Positions 51,101 to 63,143 of a DNA stretch of 64,000 nucleotides are shown in pieces. A program made the position numbers and the translations under genes. Under the pieces are notes generated by a model. It was not told the DNA's origin. It was given only the letters and a program-made list of their open reading frames with translations, and made no database searches. Source of the DNA: Stegostoma tigrinum (taxonomy: Eukaryota); the NCBI RefSeq assembly GCF_030684315.1, contig NC_081363.1:27964116-28028115 (forward strand). The letters run 5' to 3'. Position 1 is the first letter of the stretch; every line of letters begins with the position of its first letter.

Positions 51101-52407
51101 TTAGGAGAAATTGGGAGGCAAAAAATTATATCAAAAATTGACCTGCAGAATACAATTTGAATTATTGGTAAAACCTTCCACAAATTATACTGTACTTGGT
51201 TATTATACTACAGAAACAATAGCAATGCAAAAGGATAAAATTAATAGAAAGGTAACATTTTTCTCCCTCTGGCTTTACATTGAATTTTGGTGGGTTGCTG
51301 TGTGGATTCAATTTAATCTGAACAAAACTGACGAAATCGCTGCTGTGTAGCATTTTGTGGTTGTAAATTGAGCAACGAAAAGCAGAAGGCATGATTTCAA
51401 AATGACAGAAACTGAAATCCATGTATTTGTTCCTTTTGCAGTGCTACATTTGTATTATTCTCTTCTGAAAGAATTGATTCTTTTCGGAGAAGCTGTATTT
51501 TCTTGCATGGCCATCTTTCGTGCTATCTTTTACAGTAATATTCTTCCACAAGCTGTTTATAAGCTGTTGTCCCACATTTGTTCTTCAGCCAATCTCAATC
51601 CTGTCCTCTTCTGATGTAATATCATGCTAACCTGCCGCAGGGTTTGATCCCTGGCTTTTTTTTTCCCTGTTTTGGGTGAGCAGCTTTCAAACTATTCGTT
51701 GAATTGTAGAGCCTTTTAGATCCTCCTTTCTCAGATTGAAGTGAGCCAATCCAATACAAGCTAAGAGTCTAACTTGGATCTTTCTTGATTAGATTTACAT
51801 TGGAACCCTAGTGTTTGCAGTCTCAGCCAAGTAAATTGATCTTATTGATCATTTACTAGTTACCCATTCTTAGCTTCGACATTAAATAGGATACAAATTG
51901 TAGCATAAATTCACTATTTGCATTATCTGTTATTGTCTTGTACCTTTTTATATGAATACTGGAACCTCTCTCCAGTTGCTCCCAGAAGCATCTCCATTCC
52001 TTTCCAATAGAGTACATCCTCCCATGGTCTCAGCCTCATTTATCAGCTCAGCTGGCCAACATAGCCTTCATATTTCCTGTAATTTACCCAACAACAAAGC
52101 AGACAGGCTCGATGGGTCATTAGGCCTTTTGGGGTTCCTGTATATCTCTTCTCATCAGTTCCACACTTTTTTTTTCTCTGTCTAATTTTCAACTTTGGTC
52201 ATTTTTTAAATGTATATTTCCTGCCTTTTGCCAATTTGAATTTCTGTGGTATGCACAATCTGTGATCAGAAAGATCGATACTGGAACCTGTTTCGAGAAG
52301 ATGCACAATTTTAGTTTAGTTTCCTCACGGGTGAGGTTGTAGTTTTATTTTGCTACAGTTCTCTAATTACTAAATTGAATTGGTATTATGATGAAGTTTT
52401 TGCAGAC

Positions 52408-52504
52408 CTCTGATGAAGGGTCTAGGCCCAAAACGTCAGCTTTTGTGCTCCTGAGATGCTGCTTGGCCTGCTGTGTTCATCCAGCTTCATACTTTGTTAT
52501 CTTA
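52408..52504 (+). mobile_element. Solo PLE family 1 terminus starting at the hammerhead core
   Basis: ctctgatgaagggtctaggcccaaaacgtcagc...actttgttatctt. Confidence 0.85.
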
Positions 52505-53650
52505 AAATAGTTAAGTGGCTGTTTTTTATTGGCATGGATGCAACAGACCAAAGGACCTTCTGTTTTGCAGATCTCTATGAATCTCTGAATCAGATGGCCT
52601 AATTGGTGTAATTCTGCATTTCAGTAGTTACTTAAGTACATTGTCATGAGTTGTGGTCTGGTAATTTGTTAAATTTTAGAGAATTAATTGATTGCTTATT
52701 GTAGAAATGTCATATAGTATGCTACTTAACTGCATAAAACAAGACAATTCCAGACAATCAAGACAAAACCCCAAGACAGTCACACACCTCATTAACTGAT
52801 CTGAGCCAAGGAAGTAATTATTTGTTGAAATAGCTTCTAAGCTCAAAAGGAGGGTTGCAATCTGGTCACCTATGCTGCCATGCACATTTTGTGAATATTG
52901 GTTGCAGTTGGATTTGGATTTGACTGTGATACTGCACTCACATTTGATACTTGCTGTCAGGCTTGCCCACCAATGCTGAGTTCATTCAGTGCCCACAGGA
53001 ATAAAAGGCAAAACGTCAGGGTAGGATATATCATTTTATACTTGGACTAGCAAGAATAATCTTTTTAATAAACGTAAATTAAGACCCCCCCCCCACCCTC
53101 CAAGCAGTAACTGGATATCACATGTATCATGATTATGAAATCATGCTTTTACACCATTACAGTCACTAAAGTTATTATTTTCAGTATCAATGATTAGACC
53201 CAGGGGTATCAGGAGGCCAGTAAAGCCACCAAGGTTCCTAATCTAGATTGCTGTAGATTTTTCAACAAAGCACTGGTACCAGAGTACATGGGTTTACTAG
53301 TACGTTGTGCCATACAGTTCTTTGTACCATGATCTTCCACGTGAAAAATTCCCATACCTGATGTTGGATGGAAGGCACAATGCACATTTTCCAAAAGGAA
53401 AGAGTGTTTAGAGATGCACACTGTACCACGTCTCTCAATAATAGTATAAGTGTGGGCACGTTCATCCTTTCCCCTGTTGTGTAGTGACAGAGGGATAGAG
53501 AACAGCTCAAATGATATGAAACAGTACCCTATAAAAAGGAACACTCCTCTGGATTTGATTGATCCTCATGCATCCCAATTGAAAAGTCATATTTTTACCA
53601 TTTGAAATTATGATGTTTTAATAATGTAATCTTGTTAATTAATTTCCTAG

Positions 53651-53783
53651 GTTTTAAACAAGGAACAGAAAATTCTGAAATGACCTCATCTTGGAATGAT
53701 GTTGCGCAGTCTTCAAGAACAAATCAAACTGAAACTCCAACAGCAGAGGAGCTGCGAAGACATAGACAAGCATACTTTGAGAG
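53651..53783 (+). CDS. ATXN3: Ataxin-3 exon 9 (basic VCP-binding/NLS region)
   Basis: (G)FKQGTENSEMTSSWNDVAQSSRTNQTETPTAEELRRHRQAYFE(R); donor AG|GCAAGC (GC type). Confidence 0.9.
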
Positions 53784-54109
53784 GCAAGCAGACTGCAGCT
53801 TTATATGGCTGCAAAATTTCAATTAATTTCTGTGATGTGTGACTTTGACTCTTTTAAGGACTATGTTTCTTTGCACTTGCGCAGTATTGATACATATTCA
53901 GGTTTCTTCATTTTTTTTTAAAATTTGACATTGCAAACATTCTGTTTGTGTTCATTGAAGCAAGGAATATTGAAGTGAGAACTGTGATTTCTAGACATCA
54001 GTTTTGAGCCCTCCTAATCAGATAAATTCTGTTAGCTACAGCTTCAAGACTTCTGCTTGCTCCCTATCGCTCTGCATTAAGCTCAGTGACATTTGAGCAC
54101 CAAAGCTGT

Positions 54110-55135
54110 GGAGAATGATTCTCTGGAGCATATTAGGAATGGTTTTCTAGAAGAACATGTTGAAGTGGAGAAAGGGCTATTTTGGATCTAGTATTGTGTA
54201 ATGAAAAAAGGGTTACCTAATATGTTGTTGCAAAAGAACCTTCAGGGCTGAGTGACCACAACATGATAGAATTTTGCATTGTTTGAAAGTGAGTTTGTTC
54301 AATCTGAAACACGTGTTAAATTTGAATATGAGAAATTATGAACGCATGAGGCACAAATTGGCTGATCTGGATTGGAAAAATACATGAAAAGGCAGGATCA
54401 TACGTTAGCTTTGGATTATATCTGAAGAATTATGACATCATACAACAACTATATTCCTTCAAGGTGCAAAATCTCAGAAAAGGTCAATCAACCATGGCTG
54501 ACAACAGAAATGAATGATTGCTTGAGATTAAAAGAACAGCTTATAAAGCAGTCAGAAGTTATGATAAATTTGAGGATTGGGAAGTTTTCAGTATACAGCA
54601 AAGGAAGTCTAGAAACTGATGGGGAAAGGAAGAATAAAATATGCATACGACCTAGCAAAAATCATTAAAATGGACTGTAAAAACCTTTACAGGTACATAA
54701 TAAGGAAATGTTTGTCTAAAATGAATTTGAGTCAATTAAAAGCAGAGTCAGGAGAATTTTTAATGGGAAGTAGAGAAGTGGCAGACAACGTAAATGATAC
54801 GTTGTGTCTCTGTTCTCACTGAAGAACAAGAAACCTCCCAGAAGTAGAGATCCAAGTGACTAGGAAGAATGAGAAATTAATGGAAATTAAAATTAGTAAG
54901 AAGGTTGTACTAACGGTATTACTAAGGTAGAAAGTTGATAAGTCCCCAAGGTCTGATAGTGTACAACTCAGAGTATTGAGGGAGATGTCTGTATAAAGAT
55001 AATCAATACATTGGTAATTATCTTCCCAAATTCTAGAGATTCTGGAATGATTCCTGCAGATTTAAAGCTTGCAAATATCACCCAACCCTCCTTGAGAACG
55101 GAGCAAAGGGAAAATCAGTAAACTATAGACCTGTA
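54110..55135 (+). mobile_element. Decayed CR1 ORF2 internal fragment
   Basis: QPWLTTE, KMDCKNLYRYI, KSPRSDSVQLRVL and NYRPV patches. Confidence 0.65.
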
Positions 55136-56205
55136 GATTCATGCCATTTCATGTCCAATTTCCAGCCCTCCATATTCCTCATACATCATCTTCTAATATA
55201 ATTATCCACCTCCATTTTCACTTAGTAATTTACTTAAACTTTTTTTGGCTTCACCCTTCACACAGTTCCTCTGTGTTAAGAAATGTTTGCAGATCTTACT
55301 TCCAGTCAACTTCATCTGATTTCAAATATGTAATTATAAATTCCCTTTAGTATTTTAAATTTTTCAATTTCATAAGCTCTTAACTTCTTCATTGTTCAAA
55401 AGTAATATCCATTGCCTTGTCTCTCATTGTTAAGTCCCTCACTCCAGTATCATCCTGTGAATTGTTATTGGTTTTGTTCTAGGTTAGTTTATCTTAAGGT
55501 GTTGTGCCAAATACTGGCCACATTCTTCCATATGAAACCTAACCAATGCAATAATACTTAATAACTTCGACATTTTACACCTTTTGTCATGAAGTTTGGC
55601 ATTCCCTTGGGCCTTTTAATCATTTTTGCACTTGCCAGTTTGATTTAATGAATTCTGTACCTGCATTCCTAAATCTCTTTATCTGTCTCTTTGTGCCATG
55701 ATTACATTCCTAGCTGCAACATAGCCAAACTGTTGCACTACACCTATAGCAATGGCATTTCAATCAAGACCTGGAAATCATTTAGGTTCAGGCTAAGAAG
55801 TGGCAAGTAACATTCACCAGGCAATGGCCAGGCACCGTCTCCAAAAAGGAAGAATATAACCAACTGTTCTTTTTGATGTTCAGTGGTACCATTAACAAAG
55901 AATATCCCATCATCAATATCCTGCGGGTTTATTATTGACCAGAACATTAACTGGACCAGAAATATACTATTGTAACTTCAAGAGCACCACCTGCAAATTC
56001 CCTTCCAAATCGCACATCATCCCAACTTTAAACCGTATCGGTATCCCTTCACTGTTCCTGTGTGAAAAATCCTAGAACACTCTCCCTATGGACTGAAGCA
56101 GTTCGAGAAATCAGCTCAGCACTATATTACTATCAATATGTGCATACCATGAAGGACCATAACAAAAATAAGTAACAAATGTGAAAGTTCTAATTAATGT
56201 CCACA

Positions 56206-56241
56206 TAGAATAGAATAGAATAGAATAAAATAGAATAGAAT
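56206..56241. repeat. (TAGAA)n microsatellite
   Basis: About 7 copies seen directly. Confidence 0.85.
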
Positions 56242-57061
56242 ATCCTTTATTGTCATGTGTACTCCATTGTAGAAGTACAGAGAAAAGCTTTTACAATGTT
56301 TGCCTCTTATGGTGCCATCTTAGGTACATTACATAGTTGCATTACTTTATAGAGCTTAAAATATAAGTTAGAAGCAAGACATTATTAAAGGATTGACATT
56401 ACAGTCAGGTAAAAAGCTTCAAATAAACATTACATTATAGCAACTCAGCACAGAGCCTCCAAACGTGGTCTGACACCCAGCGCTCGATTCCACTCCAACA
56501 AAACAGTCGATTCCAGCTCTGCTCCAAATCTCTAGTCCACTTTGTACTGGCACTCAGCTGCTCCAAGGTAAGTTCTAGGACTGAGGGTGTTTTTGTACTG
56601 TGAACCCATATTGCTTTGGAACTAATCCTGACCACTAATAGAGGACAGGAGATGGTCATTTGATCAGTATGACTTCAACAGAGTCCAGTTACCTTCAGTA
56701 AGTTGATAGTAGTAACTGAGTGCATGCAATATATAAAAAACCCTGTGCCAAAAGAAGCAATATTCTCCAGTATCCTGATCAAAAGACAAAACTCTTCTCA
56801 TAGCCTAGACCTGCAATGTTCTGATGTAAAATAGAAACTAATCTTCAAATAAGTCATGACATTCCTTCAGACTGTCCTTAAGTTCTTAAACCCTTTTTTT
56901 GGAGTTCACTGGTTAACTTGCAAGACATGGTACGTTTAAAATTTTGGTTAGTGTTGTTCACAATTAGCTTAACTTTATAAGAATGCCAGACTGTATACAA
57001 AAGAAGCAGTGAGAGTAGTCCCTATGTAATTATATGACGCTTACATTTTTGTTCCCACCAG

Positions 57062-57135
57062 AAAGCAGCAAGTACAATCACAAGTTTCAGATCATCCAGA
57101 AGAAAAAAGCTGTTCAACGCTGAAGACAAATTCAG
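57062..57135 (+). CDS. ATXN3: Ataxin-3 exon 10 (equivalent to the human polyQ exon)
   Basis: Acceptor ttttgttcccaccag; (R)KQQVQSQVSDHPEEKSCSTLKTNS; donor CAG|GTAAAA; phases fit both neighbouring exons. Confidence 0.8.
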
Positions 57136-58941
57136 GTAAAATTCCTGATCTGTTAATCCTGTTGAATTGACAACACAGTGTAAAATGCTTCATTTTATCC
57201 CATTTAACTATTAAGCTTTGCTTTTTGTAAAGTTTGTAATCCCTCAATAAAATCCTGAATATAAGAATTATATCATAAGCAATTCCTGTGTTTCCGAGAT
57301 GTGGGTTTCCTGTAGACAATAGCAAGCATTTTTTAAAAATTTGTCAATGGGATGAAGCCATCTCGGGCTGCGCTGACATTTATAGGTCATCCCTAATGCC
57401 ATAGGAAAAGTGGTGGAGTTCTACCTTCTTAAACCACTGCAGACCTTGGGGTACAGGAACACCCAGAGTTCTGTAGGAAGGGAGTTTACCGACAGGGAGG
57501 AATGGGGATCTACTTCCAGGTCACAATTGTGTGTGGCTTGGAGGGGAACTTACAATGGTAGCATTCCAATGCATGGACTGTCCGTGTCCTTCTTGGTGAT
57601 AGAGTAACAAGTGGCAAAGGTGTTGTCTAAGGAACCTTGCTGAGTTGCTGCAGTGCATCATCAAGATGTTCAGTACTTGTTGCCATTGCATGCCATGGCA
57701 AAAGGAGTGAATATTGAAGGTGATGGATGGGTTGCTGATCAATCAGGCTGCTTCATCCAAGATGATGTCAAGCTTCATGACTGTTGTTAGAGCTGCACTC
57801 ATCCGAGTAAACAGGTGGTGAAAAGGCACTGGGGAAACAGGAGACACAGGAATCCCAACCTCTGACTTGCACCGCAGTGTTTATATGGCTGATCTAGTTA
57901 AATTTCTGGATAATGGAAACTGCTAGGATATTGTAGGATTCAGCAATGGTAATGCATTGAACATTAAAGGGAGATGATTAGATCCTGTTGGAGGTAGCTA
58001 TTGTGTAACACTTGCGTTGCACAAATGTTGCTTGCCACATATCAGCTCAAGCTTGGATGTTGCTGAACACGAATACAGACTATTTCAGTATGCAACAGAA
58101 CTAAATAATTTTAAGGATACTAATGTCATTTTTCACATTAAGGATTCCCATTATTATATTGTGTGGCATGATCACTGTGCTAAAGTTTCAAACATACGCA
58201 GCAGATCAAAGCTGTACCACCCATGAGGCACTGTGGACCATCAGTAGCAGTAAAATTTATTCAACTACCTTATAGCCAACCATATACTCAACTCTACCAT
58301 TATTATCAATGCAGCAGATTAATCTTGGTATAATGAAGAGTGCAGTAGGGCATGCCAGGAGCAGTGTGAGACATACATAAATATGAGGTAAAGCTACAAC
58401 ACAGAACTCCTTACGTGCCAAAGAACAGAAGCAACATGCAATAGAAGGCGTAAGCATTCTCACAATCAAATAGTAGTTGCATAATGTACAGCACAATTGA
58501 CAACACTTCAGATAATGAGGCAATCTATGGCCATATGGAGCAAGAGCTGGACAACATCCAAACTTGGCTGATAAGTGGCAAGTAACGTTTGTAAAACCCA
58601 AGAACCAGTCAATGTCCATATCCAAAAAGATAGAATGTAACCATTGGCCCCTGGCATTCAATGGCATTACCATCACTGAATTCTTCCAGTACTAATATCC
58701 TACACTTACCATTGACCAGAAACTGAATTAGACTAGCCACATTAATACCGTATCTGCAAGAGTAAGGCTAGGAACTTTGGAGTGATTAACTTGTCACCTG
58801 ATTTCCCAACACTTATTCACCATCTACAAGGAACAAGTCAGGTAAGTGATGGAATACTGTCCGCTTGCCTGGATTGGTGCAGGTGTGTTCATTGGTCCTA
58901 AATATCTATTAGTCTATGATCTTTTTTACCCCAACATGCAG

Positions 58942-59033
58942 CTGACATGACTGAACAAGAGCCGCCTCAAGCAGATGTGCTGAAGTTGTTAGAAGCTGAT
59001 GCCACTGATGATTCAAAAGGGGAAGGAAGTTAA
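58942..59033 (+). CDS. ATXN3: Ataxin-3 exon 11 (terminal)
   Basis: (A)DMTEQEPPQADVLKLLEADATDDSKGEGS-TAA aligns with human DAMSEEDMLQAAVTMSLETVRNDLKTEGKK; total CDS 1083 nt, 360 aa. Confidence 0.78.
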
Positions 59034-60224
59034 TATGAAAATGAATGTACCAGCAATAACTGTGTTCCCATTGCTGTTCTGCATGTACTGCATTCCACCT
59101 GTATTTCAGCCACAAAGATATATATGTTAAGAGAGAGAGAAAAAGACTATGTGCACTCTTTATGCAAAGAATGTTTGTGGTTGTCTTATGGGATAATCTG
59201 TAGTTAAAAGAAAATACAAGATTTCTTGTTTCTGAACTTCAGTTGTAGCACCTTATCTTCTGAAAAGCCCTCTTCATGCACAGTCTAATTAAGCAAATTA
59301 CAGAGAAGAAAGTCAAGATTTCATACCCATTTTAAAAAAAAATGTTTTTGGTATTTTCTGATTTACCAATGATGGGACCTAAAAAGGCAAGTACTGAAGT
59401 GCTTACTTTTTGTAAACATACTTTAATCTTCTTAACTACAGCCTATATTCAAATCAGGTTCACTTTAAACTTTGAATGCATCCAGAGAGATGATATGCAA
59501 CAAGTACTTGAGTTTTGTGGCATTTATGACGCTTCAAAGTTTGTAGAGCTGTTTTTATCATTGAATTTTGACCTTGTCTTGGTGTTTAATTGTTCTAACA
59601 CAAAGTTCCTGTTATGTTGAATGTATAGTGCAGAGCCATGCAGAATTTTTTTGAAGTCTTTAGTACTTGAACCTGTTCATTTCACTTTGAGAAGATCATA
59701 CCAGAGAACATAAATGTATAAAATGGAGTTCCAAGAATTAGGGAAACCTGCACTCAAGTAGTGTGCGGTGTGAGGTCAGCTTGATATTTTAAAGCAGATC
59801 GTGGGTTCATGTCATAATTTTCATTGGGAAATGTAAAAGAGCAAATGCTAGCTGTATGTACTTTACTGATAGTGTGCTGTAATCCTTATTGCATAATATA
59901 AACACAAAATTGCTGCGTGTTGAGAATTTTTTTGTTGCTTACACTACATAGTAATGTCTGTTTGAAGTTCGTGTTAGGATGGACCAAGATAAAACGAGAT
60001 AACCGGTTACAGTCTGTGTCCTTTCTTTGGCATGCTTTAAAAGTCTTAACCTTCAGATGAAAGTGGTTATTTGTCCATAGCTCTAACATAGGCCTTCTGA
60101 GTATTACTGTAATTCCTGCAGCTTAGTAACTATAGCATAGGACTGAAGAGTGAGGGTTCCAAGTCTGCACTGGCAGATTTTAAAGTTTCATTCAATAAGT
60201 CAAATAATAAGTGAGAATGAAGAA

Positions 60225-60560
60225 TGTTGGATAGGGTGAATAGCCAAAGTCTTTTTTCCGGGGTGGAGGAGTCCAAAACTAGAGGACATAGGCTTAAGGT
60301 GAGAAGGGAAAAATTTAGATAGGCTCTGAGGGGTAACTTATTCATGCAAAGGATGGTAATTGTATGGAACGAGCTGCCAAAGGAAATGATGGAGGCTGGT
60401 ACAATTACGGCATTGAAAAGGCATTTGGATGGGTATATGAATAGTAAGGGTTTAGAGGGATGTGGACTGAATGCTCGCAAACGGAACTAGGTCAGATTGG
60501 GATGCCTTTTCAGCATGGATGAGTTGGACCAAAGGGTCTTTTCCTGTGCCGTATGACTGT
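60225..60560 (+). mobile_element. CR1 3' fragment (in the putative ATXN3 3' UTR)
   Basis: tccaaaactagaggacataggcttaaggtgaga..tggaacgagctgccaaaggaa..gagttggaccaaagggtct. Confidence 0.8.
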
Positions 60561-60849
60561 ATAACTGACCATAACATTGCTGTCATTAAAAAAAAGTCGT
60601 CCATTAATGTAATTTTGGGTAATCAAGCTACCTTCCTCCAGTCCTCGGCGCTTACTACTTTCAAGGCAAGGAGGGTGAGTAATAAATGCAGGCTTATCTT
60701 TGCTGCCCATACCCAAGAACATATGTTAACTTGTTAGATACATTATTTTTAATTTAGTACAAATTTGAGGAAAAAATGACAGCACTTTTATTGTGTGCCT
60801 TTATTTCTCTCTTTGCTCAAACATTTTGACTTAAGTATGACAAAAAAAG

Positions 60850-61145
60850 ATTTTTTTTTGTCCAGTCATTGTCTTATACTCATCAGGACAATTCACAAGT
60901 GTACCCATTCAAAAGGAAAACTAACATTTATGTAGCAGGCAAGGAGAGTGCTGATGCATTGGTACTGACTGTAATTGGTAGAGGCATTGGCATAAGGCAT
61001 GCTCTTATTAATTTTGTGACAGCCATTCGCTCTACTGTCTTGACCAATGCCCTGCCCTGAGTCAACCTCCCTAGCTTAAAAATTAGTATTCTTGCAAAAT
61101 ATCCTGGTGAGTGTAAGATGAAAAGCTTTAACAAAATTTTTTGTG
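60850..61145. mobile_element. Diverged palindromic element, family 4, with a hammerhead-like core in each arm
   Basis: 60871-60905 reverse complement cttgtgaattgtcCTGATGAgtataagac vs 61091-61130 cttgcaaaatatcCTGGTGAgtgtaagatGAAAagcttt. Confidence 0.55.
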
Positions 61146-62347
61146 AATTACTCAAGTTTGGTACTACCAAACTATTTTCACTTAACCTGGATGACGATTT
61201 CGCAGCTCTTAGCAACCATTTCACAGTTCTTAACAACCATTCAGCACCATAGTTTGAATGGTATTCTTCACACACACATCCAAACAGTGCATGTTGGCAA
61301 GCTATTCTAACATGGGGGGAAGGGGTGCTGAGGCAAGGTGACAGTGTGAAATCATAGCTGACTGAAATATCTGCATTAAAAGAAACACTCCTTTGAACAG
61401 AAATCTCTGATTAGGCTCAGGAGGGACCACCTCCTTTTGCTGTCTTCAGTTATCTAATTTGGAAACACTGAGACCAATTTGATCAGTAAACTCATCTTAA
61501 TTTAGATGGCAAAAACCAGGATTGGAATGTCAAAGCTTCCTCCTTTATGCTGGAGTGCCATATCTTGCAGTACCTTTGACTGTTGGATCACCAGGAAGAT
61601 TAGTACTTTCACTTCACGCAAGAGACAAATTTGTCAGACAATTCCGTAAAATAATGTCTTGACTAGATTCAGTCCTTGGACTGAGAAGAGTAATCTGATC
61701 TCAGTTGGTTTGACAGTGGGCATAGTCATTGATCTCCGAGTACCTAAAGTATTAGAAGGAAAAAGCAAGCCAATTCCAGTTTGGTTTCTGACAAAACAGC
61801 CTGTTGATGCCAAAGTGTCTCTGCTTATGGGAACAATAGATTCTTATGTACGGAATGAGAAGGTGACTGATGCCGGTGGGTCCTTACCTCAGTTATAGTT
61901 AATGCTTTGAAGAGAGGAAAGCATTGAGTAGAAAATGAAAACCAGGCCTTGTCTCTGTTTGCAACTCCATACATTTTTAACAATGTTGCCTCCAACCTTT
62001 TGCATAATTTGAAACTACAATAGTCTTTGGTATTTTATTTTTTAGAAAAAGTTGTGGCAGTGTTTTAAATATTTCCTATAACTGTTGCAACACTCTTATG
62101 TGGTATTTACTTAAGTATGAATTTTATATTCCTGTCTTAAAACTTGTCTGCAGAAATAATATCTCAGCTTCTTTAAAATAGTAAAGAACTTTGTAAGAAA
62201 AGAGAGTCACTTACTATCTTGTTTCACTTTACCAAGGAGGCAGATGACGTAAAATATGATTAATTGTGCTTTGCAATGTTTTTGCGTGTGCACACTGGAG
62301 ATAAGATGTGTTGGTCTCTAAAATAGTATCCATGTCACTGTGTATCA

Positions 62348-62353
62348 AATAAA
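62348..62353 (+). terminator. ATXN3: Candidate distal ATXN3 polyadenylation signal
   Basis: AATAAA preceded by TGTA and followed by GU/U-rich tgtgtgttttattt; would imply a 3' UTR of about 3.3 kb. Confidence 0.4.
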
Positions 62354-62804
62354 GTTGCATTTTTGGAACCGAACATGTGTGTTTTATTTGATGTTACGTA
62401 AAGAACTGAATGATTCATTTTCTATTCAGTCAGGAAGTGAGATGACGTGACAAACTGATAAGCACTTCTAGCATATACACATGCATGTACTGGTTAAACG
62501 CTCACTTCTGTCTTTTGTAGATACTGAATCGTTTGAATCTTAGCTGTCTGAAGTAATGAAACAATTTGTACAAGCTATAAATAGAATTAGGTAATGGAAA
62601 ACCGAGAAATCCAGATTTTAAACATAAACAAGACAACGGAATATTGAATAAAAGTTGGAAGTGCTTGAAAAACGTTTTCACTAACTTTTTAAACAATCAC
62701 AATATAATTGTGCAGATCCTAAAACTTTACATGATATTTAATTTCATTAAATTATTCATATAAGTTAAACACATTAATTAAAAAAACTAACTACAATGAG
62801 GTGG

Positions 62805-63143
62805 TATAGAACATAAAACAGTACAGGCCCTTCAGCCCACGATGTTCTGCCAAACTTTTACCCTAATCCTAAGGCATATCTAACTCCACCCCTACCTTAT
62901 ACTATCATCCATGTGCCTATCTAATAGCCACTTAAATGCCCCTAATGAGGCCAACTCCACTAGCCTCTCTGACAATGCATTCCACGCCCTGACCACCCTC
63001 CAAGTCAAGAACCTACCTCTGACATCTCCCCTATATCTACCTCCACTCACTTTAAAACTATGTCGCCTCATAATAGCTACCTCCACCCTAGGAAAAAGTC
63101 TCTGGCTGTCCACTCTATCTATACCTTTGATCATTTTGTACAC
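62805..63143 (-). mobile_element. CR1-type LINE 3' fragment
   Basis: YKMIKGIDRVDSQRLFPRV..RGDVRGRFLTWRVVRAWNAL. Confidence 0.85.
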
